Of a stretch of DNA of 63,209 nt, positions 12,488 through 23,644 are shown in pieces. Position 1 is the stretch's first letter, and each line of letters begins with the position of its first letter. The position numbers were made by a program, and so were the translations under genes. The stretch is from Octopus bimaculoides. Lineage: Eukaryota. A model generated the notes under the pieces. It ran no database searches. It had not been told where the DNA came from and worked only from the letters and a program-made list of their open reading frames with translations. The stretch spans positions 67,055,136-67,118,344 of the forward strand of contig NC_068982.1 in the NCBI RefSeq assembly GCF_001194135.2, read 5' to 3'.

Positions 12488-14190
12488 GTGTCCTCTTCAT
12501 TTAATGTCAGTTTTCCATGCTGGCATGAGCTGGACAGCTTGACAGCAGCTGGTAAGGCTTGGGGCCATACCAAGCTCCATTGTCTGTTCTGGCATGGTTT
12601 CTATGGCTGGACGTCCTTCCTAATGTCAACCACTTTACAAAGTGTACTGGATGCTTTTTATGTGGTACCAGCACCAGTACTTTTTAGGTGACACTAGCAC
12701 CAGTGCTTTTTATGTGCCACAAGCACCAGTATCAATTCAATTGTAATGGACAAGTCTTCTTGAGTACAGCGATAACCCATATATCTCTATCCTTTGTCAT
12801 CTCCCCTGCAAGGCTCAGCATTTTGAGATCAACCTTCAGTACTTCATCCCATGTCTTCGTGGATTTCACTCTTCCATGAGTTCCATCCATTTTAAGTGAA
12901 TGGCAACTGTTAACATCCATATGCATCACATGATAAAACCAGCACAGTCTTCTCTCTTGTACACTGCATTTAGTTCCTCTTATGCCTAACTTCTCTCTCA
13001 ATACACTAGTGCTCTGTTGCACATGTACGCTGTCATTGCACATCCAGTGGAGCATACTAGCTTCATTCCTCTCTTGCCTTCACATGTTCTCTACATTCAG
13101 GGCTGATGTCTCACTACCATGCATCATACAATCTTCCTTTCACTTGAAGAGAGAGATCTTTGGTTTCCAAGAGGTAAAAGCTCTCTGAATTCTTTCCATC
13201 TTATTCTTGTGATTACACTTTCTGTACATCCTCCCCACTCTTCTAATTATGTCCACTAGGTAATAGAAATTGTCTACTACCACCAAAGAACCTCCAGAGC
13301 ATTTGAGAAAATTGATTTCCCAAATATCTAGTTTTTAAGGTTCCTAAACATCCTCCACATACAAACACTACTTTCTCTGATAACCTTCCTATTATTCCAC
13401 TGTACCTCTTGTGTGTCCATAGCTCGCACTGGATACACTGTATGGAAGTCCTGCTTACACCTTTCTTACATATCAAGCAGGGCCATGTACCTAATGGGGG
13501 TAGGGTTCTGTCCATTTTCTGGCTTGCTAGAACTTTAGTCTTTGCTAAGTTAACGTTAGAGCTCTTTGATTCCACACTTGAAATTTCTTTTCTAGTTTTA
13601 TTACAGAATCTACTATAAATGGAATACCATTCCTCTGTTATGTCCTGGAGGACGGTGATGCATAGGAGGGGGGTGTGTCTAAGAACTGAACCCTGATGAA
13701 TACCTACTTGTACACTAAATTTATCACTATACTCATGGTTAACTCTCACCTTACTGACAGAACGTCTGTACATGGCCTGTACAGCTTTCACAAGCCATTC
13801 ATCTACCCTTAGCTTCTGCAGAGCCCACCATACCACACAGTGGGGTACTCTGTCAAAGACTTTCTCCAAGTCAACAAATGCCAAGTACAATGGTTTATTC
13901 TTAGCTAAATACTTCTCTTGCAATTATCTGACTATAAAGATAACACCATTCGTGCTTCTCCCTGGCACAAAGCTAAACTGCATTTCATCTAATCTGATTC
14001 AATTCCTAATTAATTGGGCTATAACTCTTTCCCTAACTTTCATGACCTAGTCCAGCAATTTGATGCCTTTGTAATTACTTCTATCTAAGGCATCTCCCTT
14101 GTCCTTGTAGCAGCTGACTATAATGCTGCTACACTAGTCATTGGGGGTGATACCCTCCTGAATAACCTGATTAACTATAGGGTTGACTAG
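12488..14190 (-). mobile_element. 5'-truncated RTE LINE with RT domain (ORF 13243-13923)
   Basis: MQEKYLAKNKPLYLAFVDLEKVFDRVP...WWALQKLRVDEWLV...VQVGIHQGSVL; C-terminal RRLCWFYHVMHMD..KTWDEVLKVDL; 3' end runs into a family-B-like tail. Confidence 0.93.
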
Positions 14191-14282
14191 ACCGTATCTT
14201 ACTCCACCAGATATTTTAAGCATCTAAGTGGTAACTCCTGATTATTGAAGAGCTTTCTCTGTCCTCATATCCTCCATTAATG

Positions 14283-14321
<39 letters not shown>

Positions 14322-14347
14322 TAATAATAATAAATGGAGCAAAACGC

Positions 14348-14365
14348 NNNNNNNNNNNNNNNNNN
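14348..14365. other. Assembly gap (18 N)
   Basis: N run; flanks duplicate each other. Confidence 1.
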
Positions 14366-14394
<29 letters not shown>

Positions 14395-14401
<7 letters not shown>

Positions 14402-14542
14402 TAATAATAATAAATGGAGCAAAACGCATATAAATAAAAGTTCCTTTAATTCCTACACGTTTCAGAATATATGAGAGAGTGTAGGAATTAAAGGAACTTT
14501 TATTTATATGCGTTTTGCTCCATTTATTATTATTATTCATAT
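14395..14542. repeat. Perfect inverted repeat, 64-bp arms with 20-nt loop
   Basis: 14395-14458 is the exact reverse complement of 14479-14542. Confidence 0.97.
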
Positions 14543-14809
14543 CTTCTCAAAATGTATCACTTTAACTTGGTATCTCTACCTGTAAAACGGCTGTGATATC
14601 TTGGTTTCTAATGTAATTTTGCTACCTATGGTAACTATTAACATATTTACATTATCAAAGGTTTTTTTAAAACTGAGATAATATTAATATATACATAAAC
14701 TAAATTATATATATATATTACTTTGGTTGTATCAGTCTCTTGCTACTATGAGTTTTACCTGTGGCTACACAGGGTCTTCAGGTAAATTATGACTGAAATA
14801 ATTATGGAG

Positions 14810-15260
14810 GCATGACTGTGTGGTTAGAGGTTTGCTTCCGAACCATATGATTCTGGGTTCAATCCCACTGTGGCCAAGTATCCTCTACTATAGCACTGGT
14901 GTTATGAGTGCATTTGGTAGACGGGAACTGAAAGATGCCTGTTGTGTGTGTGTGTATATACGTATACATATATGTGTATATATTTATATATACATATATT
15001 TTTATTTATATATTTATGTATATATCTTTGTATTTGTGTTTGTCCCTCAACACTACTTGAGAGCTGGTGCTGATTTGTTTATGTACCTTTAACTTAGTGG
15101 CTCAGCAAAAAGAGCCTGATAGAATAAGCACTAGACCTAGAAAAACAAAAAAAAAAAGAAATGTACTGGGATTGACTTGTCCAGCTAAACCCTTCAAAGT
15201 GGTGCCCTGGCATAGCTGCAGTCTAATGACTGAAACAAGTAAAAAATAATGATAAAAGAT
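14810..15260 (+). mobile_element. Composite SINE: family A head, TA/TG microsatellite, family C tail
   Basis: A motifs 14810-14945; C motifs (TTTGTCCC...GCTTGACAAC...AGAATAAGTAC...GACTGAAACAAGTAAAA) 15030-15260. Confidence 0.8.
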
Positions 15261-15604
15261 GTATTAAAAAAGTGAGCAGTTGGATTTGTAGCCATTTTAT
15301 TGTCACTGATTCAGTGCTCACTTATTTGATATCAGATGTATTCCTCCTCCTCCTCCTCTTCTGTTTTTATGTTTGAGGAGAGGGAAATTGTTTATGTCAG
15401 TTGTATTCAATTAACAGTTTATAATCCCTTTCTCTCTCTCTCACTCTGTCTATCTGTACATGTGCATGTGTATGTGTATTGTTGTCAAAAGTAGGCTGAA
15501 TGTCCAGTCAACTGTGCCAAGTCATCAGTGTCCAAACGGCAGCACCAAATGTCTCATTCTGTATGTATGTGTTACAGAGAGACATGGTCCTCCAATCTAT
15601 TGGA

Positions 15605-15655
15605 TCCTGTCAAACTGTACAACTCTGTCAAACTGTCCAACTCTGTCAAACTCTT
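15605..15655 (+). repeat. Short tandem repeat (CTGTCAAACTGTCCAACT x about 3)
   Basis: Unit resembles part of the family B tail. Confidence 0.7.
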
Positions 15656-16120
15656 TTCCACACTGACAGTGTGGAAGTGACAGGCATGAAATGATGATGT
15701 ATGTCCATCCTGTAGCATGCAAAAGAAGTTGTAAAAATAGTGTTGCTGCTGATTTATGTGTGTGTGTGTGTGTGTTAGTTTGACTCTAACAGGCAGTCAT
15801 TGACCTGGAAAGTAAGAGAAGGCATGCAGTTGAATATAAGATATTTTATGAAATGCTCTACTGATTCTGCTGTCAAGAAATTGGTCTATATCAGAACAGA
15901 AATAGTTTTGTTCTTAGAGCAAAAATAGTTTTGTTCATTCTGTATATGATATGGAATGTCACTCATCATCATTATCACCACCATTATCATCTCTACATTC
16001 TCTTTCCCATGCATGAGTTGGAGTGATCTCAACATACCTCGTTTCCAGTCGTAGCTCTTTGTTATCTGCTTGGTGCAGAAGTAGCAGACAAATTTGAAAT
16101 TTCCTTCAAATCACCAATAA

Positions 16121-16420
16121 TATCCCTATCTTATCTGCAGTATCACTAGATCATTTGCAGTATCAGCATATCATGTGGAGTATTGTCATATTATCTGAAA
16201 TATCAGTGTATTATCTGGAATATTAGTATATCATCTGGAATATTGCCACTTCATCTACAGTATTGCCACTTCATCTGCAGTATCATTAGTTCATATGGAG
16301 TATTGTTATTTTGTCTGGAGTATCATCACTTTGTCTGTGGTATTGTTAATTTAATTGGACTATCATTATTTCATCTGGAATATCATTAATTTATTTGTGA
16401 TATCATTAATTTGTCAACAG
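16121..16420. repeat. 20-bp minisatellite, 15 units
   Basis: Register TAT.......T.ATCTG.AG repeats every 20 nt without indels. Confidence 0.9.
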
Positions 16421-16681
16421 TAGGGGTTCCCAACCACGAGGCTGTGAATTATTTGGTACCATAGAAAGAATAAGTTTTTAAAATTTTTTTATTTCATTAG
16501 CTATCACAATTTGCAGGTTGTTTTTGCATTGTATGTGTATTATATGTGTAATAATGAAATTATATATTATACACTTTGTGTTTTGTTATGTGTATGATTT
16601 CCTGGTCTGTGGAAAAATTGTCTTGCATGAAACCAGTCCATGGTGCAAAAAAAAAAAAAAAAAGATGGTTTGGGACTGTTG
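16421..16681 (+). mobile_element. hAT-Charlie type MITE (MER1-like termini)
   Basis: Left TAGGGGTTCCCAACC; right GGTCTGTGGAAAAATTGTCTTGCATGAAACCAGTCCATGGTGC(A)n...GGTTTGGGACTGTTG; TSD not visible. Confidence 0.75.
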
Positions 16682-16964
16682 GATTATGGTGTCATTGGTG
16701 TCTGGAGTGTCACCAATTAGTCTGAAAAAATCATAAGATTATTAGATTTTTATTAATTTGAACCAATGACAGAGCTAGATACTTATTGAACTTATGTCAA
16801 TCTTCCTTCACCCCCACTCCTCAAAAGACAAACAAACAAATGTTCACATAATCTTTAAAGTAGAATCTGTATATTTGAAGTTCTAAATATTAGGTTACTA
16901 TTCAATAAAGGCAAGATGATCTTGGTAACAAAATGTTTAATAAATATTTAATTCAATCAGTTAC

Positions 16965-17004
16965 CTTTATACTGAGTCACATCAAGCAGAGTTGGCTTGT
17001 AATA
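16965..17004 (-). CDS. Candidate 40-nt internal exon, YYKPTLLDVTQYK
   Basis: gttgttgtttcAG|TAT...AAAG|GTaact; only one of three frames open; non-repetitive context. Confidence 0.3.
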
Positions 17005-17949
17005 CTGAAACAACAACAGCAGCAGCAGCAGAAATAATTTCTGATACTTTAGAAGAGAATTAGTAAAGAAGAGATATACTGAACTTAAAAATCTGTTCAA
17101 ATCTGTGTTTGAAGTTCTGTATCTGTGCTTTTACTGTCAAGTATTGGATTTTACACAGTTCAGTATTTAAATGAAAAGGAATGATGATGCTATTATTTAG
17201 AAGAGAAAGAGAGAGTTAGTGAAAATAATGACAAACTATTGGATAATGATATTTCCATATATCATTGAAGAAAGAATGTCAGAAAGATCATTATTTATTG
17301 ATAGATAACTGTTTCCACTCATTATTTAGGTAGTTGGTGAAAAATTATGTTAAGTAAACCCCACCCCCACCCCACCCCCTCAAATGAAATACCAAAATAT
17401 CATAGAGCATGCATTTCTTCCACAAATAAATGGAAGTTGAGTCTAAGTGAAAGGAAATTAACTTGTCTTTTAAAAGAACCAGGTGAAATGATGAAAAGGT
17501 AACATTAAATTGTGATGTGAGAGGGAAAAAATATGATGTCATTTTGTTGGAAAATGTTTTGTAACTGACATATTTTAGCATTACACCTACTGCAGTTATA
17601 TTTCAGTAAGGCATCTGCTTAGAAATAATCTTATCTGTTAATTAAATATCAATAATAATCTCATAGATTCCTTACAGCTCTTTTCATAAAAAAAGGGAAA
17701 AAAGTGAAATTGACAGTTGATACTCTGTCATATTTCAAATTGATTTTAGTTATGTGAAAAATTTTCATAAAAATTTTGAAAGCTGTAAGAATTTCAAAAT
17801 CTTCTAAAAAGTTTATATTTTTTGTTTTGTTTTGTTTTGTTTTCTCTTCAAGAATATCAGAAATGGTAAGGAAGGCAAAAGAAGAAAAAAAAAAAAATGC
17901 CGTCATTCTAAATATGATAGTCTTTAAAATTATTTTTGAACATATAGAT

Positions 17950-18345
17950 GCAGATATTGCTGTGTAGTTAAGAAGTATACTTTGTAACCTTGAGGTTTTG
18001 GGTTCAGTCCCATTACACAGAACATTGGGCAACTGTCTTCTATTATAGCTCCAGGCCAACTAATGCTTTGTGAGTGAATTCAGTTGACAGAAACTGTGTG
18101 AAAGACTTTCATACATACATTACAAACATCGTGTGTGTGTGTGTGTCTTTATAGTTGTGTTTGTCCTTCACCTCACTGCTCACTGTTTGTTTACAACCCT
18201 ATAACTTAATAGTTGAGCAAAAGAGACCAATAGAACAAGTGCCAGATTTTAAAAGTAAGTACTTGGGTCAATTTAGTCAACTAAAACTCTTCAGAGTGGT
18301 GCCTTGAAGTGTTTTAGTAATTTTTTTTGAAATAAGTAAAAGATA
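17950..18345 (+). mobile_element. Composite SINE A plus C
   Basis: Same order as 14810-15260. Confidence 0.75.
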
Positions 18346-18599
18346 GAAGAAAATGATACTGGAAAATGCTTTGTATGGAAAGCTTTGAGTTAAGTGTGGG
18401 TTAAGAGATATAAAGGAGTGTACTGGAAAGGATTTTTAATAAATTTAATCAATCAATAATACATGCATAATGAGAAGATTCTCATTAAGAGTGTATTTCA
18501 AATTAATTAAATTTGTTTTTTTTTTGGCTCACTTGGTTCTGTATGTTAACCCTTACAAAATCTTTTTTTCAATATAAATGTGTACTTTACACATTCAAA

Positions 18600-18790
18600 A
18601 ATGTGAAATAAGTAATCCTTTATTTGAAAAACAGGTAAGGGTTAGCAACAGGAAAGGCATCCAGCTGTAAAACAATACCTCAAAAAGGTATTCATCTAAA
18701 CTTGCATGGAAAACTGAATGAATAAGGCACAGATGTGGCTGTATGGATAAGAAGTTTACTTCCCAACCACATGGTTTCAAGGTATAAGAG
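18600..18790. mobile_element. SINE E fragment (-) joined to SINE A head (+)
   Basis: GGGTTAGCAACAGGAAAGGCATCCAGCTG, then GGCTGTATGGATAAGAAGTTTACTTCCCAACC. Confidence 0.6.
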
Positions 18791-18914
18791 TTATATATCC
18801 TGTACATGTACACTTTTTTTCACTGAGTAAACTGTTATATTGATGTAACTTAGAGAAGTTACTGTTCATAACATATAACATCCCATAATTTACCATTATT
18901 ATTTCTAATGCCAG

Positions 18915-19115
18915 AATTGATAGCATGCTTGGCAAAACGCTTAGCAGCATTTTGGTTGTCTTTATGTCCTAGTTCAAATGTTGCCGAGGTTGATTTACCT
19001 TTCATCCTTTTGGGGTAGATGAAATAAGTACCAGTTGATCATTGGGGTTGATGTAATCAACTAGCTCCCTTCACCCAAAGTTGCTGGCCTTACGCTTATA
19101 GTTGACAGGATTATT
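18915..19115 (+). mobile_element. tRNA-head SINE family D
   Basis: GCCAGAATTGATAGCATGC...GTTCAAATGTTGCCGAGGTTGATTTACCTTTCATCCTTTTGGGG...AAGTACCAG...TTGCTGGCCTT. Confidence 0.75.
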
Positions 19116-20319
19116 TCTCATTGTTGTTTTTTTTATATATTTCTTTTAGTAAATATATGAGTATATCAGGTTGATTCTGCCCATGAATTATGTTCAGAGT
19201 ACAGCGTTTTGCCAGGCATGCTATCTATAGAATGTTCAACCATTTAAATGTTAGGTAATAAGGTAGAAATTTGGTTGATTAAATAAATAACTGCTTTTTG
19301 CTGAAGCTGATGAGGGAAAATCTATATATGTATGTTTGTGTGTGTGTGTGTGTGTGTGTGTTTGTGGCTATATATATGTGAAACTTATGTCTGTATGTGT
19401 ATGCTTCATATGTTTTCTGACCTCATTAAACAATATTTACAAAACACTATAAATATTAAATGTAACCCTAATAACAAGTACTATCAAAGAACCAAATATT
19501 CTAAGAACTTGTACTATCTTAGGTAAGTAAAATAAATCCAACAGGACAGTTACAATGAATAGAAACATTAACATGAGAGCAAGAACATATTCAACATAGC
19601 TGAAGCACTTACCTTATCAGCAGCCAATCATATATGAATGTGATTTTAACACTTTAAGGTAGGTTCACTACTTTCAATAGTATCAAACAGCCTTAGAAAA
19701 AATAACTGAATAGTATTTGGGAATATAAAAATAAAATGCTTCTACCTTGACTACAAATCATCTATGTATAAATGATAAATACAACATATATTGCAAAATG
19801 AAACATAAATCATAATTACTGCTAAATTGACTTTTATAATTAGATACGAATAAATAGAATATAAGAACATGTTCCAATGAAATTCATAAATCACAAACAC
19901 TAATATATGTGACAAAAAAGCAAAAACAAAAACAAACTCAACAAATAAATACTTACCAATAAACTTATATAAATAATTAAATACTAATTTCTGATGCTGT
20001 TAAACAGCTTGCAAAATAGTTTAACACTAGTTAATAAGCAAATTAAAATGCTTGTATCTTGTACACAAAACACAAATGTATAAACCTTAAACATGATATA
20101 TAATATGAAGTGCAGCATAAATATGATTATTAGTAAATCATCTAATATAAATTATATACTAATAAATAACCTAAGAAACTTACTGTGACAAACTCATAAA
20201 TCTTAAGTACTAGCATATAAAATGAAAAACTATAATCTACTAATAATTAATTTTTGATTTAATAATGAGTGTATATATGGATGTAAATGTGTATATATGT
20301 GTGCTTCTTTGTGTTTGTA

Positions 20320-20515
20320 TGTTACTGCTTAACAACTGATGATGGTGTATTTGTGTTCAAGCAACATAATGATTCAGCAAAAAACAAGATTGACATAAAT
20401 GTCGGACTTAAAAAAGGGGGGAAAAAATGTTCTGGTGGCAATTGATTGATTAGACTTATTAAAATGATACCCCAGCATGGCCACAGTTTACTGAGTGAAA
20501 TAAATAAATGAGTTA
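20320..20515 (-). mobile_element. SINE family C
   Basis: Plus strand reads the family C motifs GTTACTGCTTAACAACTGATGATGGTG...CCCCAGCATGGCCACAG...AAATAA. Confidence 0.55.
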
Positions 20516-20679
20516 CATAATATATATGTATATTCACTTGCTGTTTGTATACTTGGGATTACATTTTTCTATGTATCCTTTTCTAATTGTGACTTGAGGA
20601 AAATTTGGTTGCTATATATTGCAGGTCATGCAAGTGTACAGTGGTCATCTTCATTTTCTTGAAGCTAATTTCAGTGCTG

Positions 20680-20830
20680 TTGTGTTGTCCCTGATCGGTT
20701 ATAACTTAAAGCAATTATGTCATTCCAGTCATAACAGTCTCTTTGTATATCAGGAACTATATTGTTCAAAGTGGCCATTACTTTAGGGAAGATTTATGTC
20801 TGTTATTTTCACCAGGTTGAGTAACATTAG
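20680..20830 (-). repeat. Interspersed repeat family F
   Basis: Reverse-complement similarity to TGCTAGAAATAGCAGCCAAATCT...GGCTGGAAT...GGGGCTAAACAAC copies. Confidence 0.55.
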
Positions 20831-20944
20831 AATTGTGTCGCATGCATGTGTCTGTGTTTACCAAACCCTAACAGGTCTGGTTTAGTGTGAAAAAGTCAGT
20901 TTGCAAAACTACATCAGTTCTATTATCTCTGTAAGTTTATAAAT

Positions 20945-21075
20945 TCAGGCATAGCTGTATGGTTAAGAAGTTTCCTTCCCAATAATATGGTTTTAGGTTT
21001 AGTGACTTTTACTATAGCCCCAGACCAACCAAACCCTTATTAGTGGATTTGGTTGATGGAAACTGTAGGACCATC
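20945..21075 (+). mobile_element. SINE family A
   Basis: GCTGTATGGTTAAGAAGTTTCCTTCCC...GGATTTGGTTGATGGAAACTG. Confidence 0.7.
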
Positions 21076-22299
21076 ATTTACATACATGCCTACCTCCACA
21101 TACACACACACATACACATTCATGCACACACACATGATTTGAGGGAACATTAGACTAGGTATCTAAAGGTCTCTAGTTTTGACATGAAGGTTGTACTTTG
21201 TTCTTGAAATTGTTACTAATAAAAGTTTCTATTGTTTGGCCCAGGGAGGGGCGTAGAAGGGGATCTTTTGATCACATATATACATATTAACACATATTTA
21301 TCATTATAATAAAATTAACATTATCTTAAGTATTTCTCATGTGGATGGTTTTTCTAAATAACATATTTTCTGATCAGGTCTGGTTTTCTCTGCCAACAAG
21401 TCTACAGTTTTGTACATTTACTTAGTGATTCTCTCAACTCTATTTTGGCAACCATGTTAAAATCTGTGCTTCACTGATGATGGCATGATAAGACCAAAAC
21501 ACACCTCTCTCTCTCACTGACAGAATTAAAATAATTCCCTGCATTAAATTTCTTTACACCAACTTAATTAAGGATTTTAATTTATCATGTTGAGATTCAA
21601 TTGATAATTCCATAAAGAGTTTAACCCTAATTTGTATGCAATTGTATAGATATTTCCTTTATCTTTATTTGTTTTATATTTTTTTTTACCTTTTTTGTTG
21701 AAATCTTTTTTTTCATTGTTATTAATACTTATTGATAGTATTTACTTAGAATGTAGGTTACTATTTAATACCACATTCTTGAAAGCTTACAGGCTTGTGT
21801 ATCTCTTATTTGTAATATATTGAGTTACTATCTATCTCTAGACCTTGAATTATCAAGATATCTATACAATGATACAATGTTAATGCTGCTATTTTATGGC
21901 AAGCAGGTCTCCTTATCTGTGTTTATATCAGAGATTTTGTTATGTCTCCATGTTTCTTAGTGATATGTATTGTATCACCGAATGATGATATTCAACAGAC
22001 TTATTCTCTGATCTCTGAATCCTCAAATCACATGCTGACCTTTTTGTATGAATAATCACTTCCCATATGCATTCATATCTCTTCAAAATAAATAAAACAT
22101 TGATCCTACAAAAGAATGTCAGAATTGATTTTTTTTTCCCTAGTCTCCTTACTTATATTTCTCTCAGTGAAAGATGGTCAGCATGGTACTTTGAAGATTT
22201 AAAAAAATAAGATGGGTGAGAGTGGGTTGATAAATCGGATTTTTATTTTTATTTATTGAACACAAGGAAAATGTCTGTATTAGTTCTGTTGTTGTGTAA

Positions 22300-22450
22300 A
22301 CTACAAGCATAACTGTACATGGCTAAGAAGTTTGCTTCACAAATGTGATCGTGTGTTCAATCTCATCATGAGTATCTTGGTCAATCAAGTGTATTCTACA
22401 ATAGCATTTGGTTGACCAATGTCTTCTAAGTGGAATTTAGTAGACAAACT
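22300..22450 (+). mobile_element. SINE family A (decayed)
   Basis: GGCTAAGAAGTTTGCTT...GTGGAATTTAGTAGACAAACTG. Confidence 0.55.
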
Positions 22451-22489
22451 GTGTGTGTTTGTGTGTGTGTGTGTGTGTGTGTTATTATC

Positions 22490-22714
22490 TCCTTGTCTTG
22501 TGTTATTGTCTCCTTGTCTTGCCATCATATTGTAGATGCGATATCACTGTCAAGTGGTGGTTGTCATTCCCAGTCTCCCATGAAATATTGCCACCATCAG
22601 AAACAGGTGAGGGTTGGTAGCAGGGAGGGCTTCCAGCTATAGAAAAAGTTGCCTCAATCAATTCTGTCCAACCCATGCAAGCATTGAAAAGTTGGCATTA
22701 AAATGATGATAATT

Positions 22715-22715
<1 letters not shown>
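22490..22715 (-). mobile_element. SINE family E
   Basis: AAACAGGTGAGGGTTGGTAGCAGGGAGGGC...CCCATGCAAGCATTGAAAAGT. Confidence 0.7.
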
Positions 22716-22773
<58 letters not shown>

Positions 22774-22810
22774 NNNNNNNNNNTGTGTGTGTGTGTGTGT
22801 GTGTGTGTAG
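22716..22810. repeat. (TG)n with a 10-N gap (22774-22783)
   Basis: Direct reading. Confidence 0.95.
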
Positions 22811-22869
22811 TTGGAATTTACAAAAAACAAAAGACAAAGACAGGTGTGTAAACAACAAATAGGTGTATT

Positions 22870-23000
22870 GGGCTGGTTCTGCAGTGAAAAGTTTGCTTCT
22901 CAACCACATGGGTCTGGATTCAGTCCCATTGCATGGTAGCTTCTGCAAGTGCCTTCCACTCATGATGATCGAAACCTTTTGTGTGGATTTGATAGAACAC
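22870..23000 (+). mobile_element. SINE family A
   Basis: AAGTTTGCTTCTCAACCACATGGGTCTGGATTCAGTCCCATTGC. Confidence 0.65.
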
Positions 23001-23244
23001 ACACAGGGAGTATAGTAATTAGGTCAAGAGGTCTACTCTTTCAGATATTAGCCCACAGATTAGGTTTATTGAGATTTGTGTGTGTGAGAGAGAGAGAGTA
23101 TGTATGTGAATGATTGAATTTTTGATGACTGTATGAGTGAAGAGTATTAAAACAAAATGGGATGGTATACTGACCAACGACAGGTAGTAAGCTACGGAAT
23201 TATTAGATTCTCTCAATTTCCTGTAATTCAGACCTCCTCATGAT

Positions 23245-23615
23245 CCCAACAGACAAAATGGAAAAGGTGTTGCCTCAGAGGATGGTGAGGGAAATGCACT
23301 GTAACAGCCACTCTGACTCATGGAGCTCGTACTTGTAGATAGCCATCTCCATCCTGATAGTAGTAAGCAGGGATATTGTTCAGGGGCCAAGAACACTAGA
23401 GGTTTTCAATGTCACAGGCTCAACCATAAACCTGTCTGAGAGCAACCAATAATTCGACAGTTTGTTTTTCTCAGCCTGACAAGCAGCGGATCCTAGGGGG
23501 TAGCTAAATACGTCAAGTTGCCACTGGAGAAGGTGTCACAGCATATGGCATCCCAGATGAGGAGCCTACCACTACAAAATGGGAAAATTGTCAAAATGTC
23601 AGGCTTTTTACTGTC
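23245..23615 (-). mobile_element. CRE-clade non-LTR retrotransposon, restriction-like endonuclease C-terminus
   Basis: ADSKKPDILTIFPFCSGRLLIWDAICCDTFSSGN / GSAACQAEKNKLSNY...EPVTLKTSSVLGP*...ESEWLLQCISLTIL*GNTFSILS; one frameshift and two stops. Confidence 0.85.
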
Positions 23616-23644
23616 TGCTTGGTAAGATTTTAAAAGCTGTTTTG

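Noticed and set aside
14318-14427. Apparent direct repeat across the 18-N gap
   Set aside because: Contig-end overlap; most likely a scaffolding artefact.
16121-16420. CRISPR-like array or coding repeat
   Set aside because: Contiguous 20-bp units with no unique spacers, period not a multiple of 3, eukaryotic context, no cas genes.
21470-21515. Degenerate hammerhead-like CTGATGA-TGGC...GACC-AAAAC
   Set aside because: GAAA core lost and stems I/III cannot be built; at most a CpG-decayed fossil.
21900-22080. ICVYIRD...SPNDD frame resembling a LINE endonuclease
   Set aside because: Similarity too weak to list as a feature; not a host exon either.
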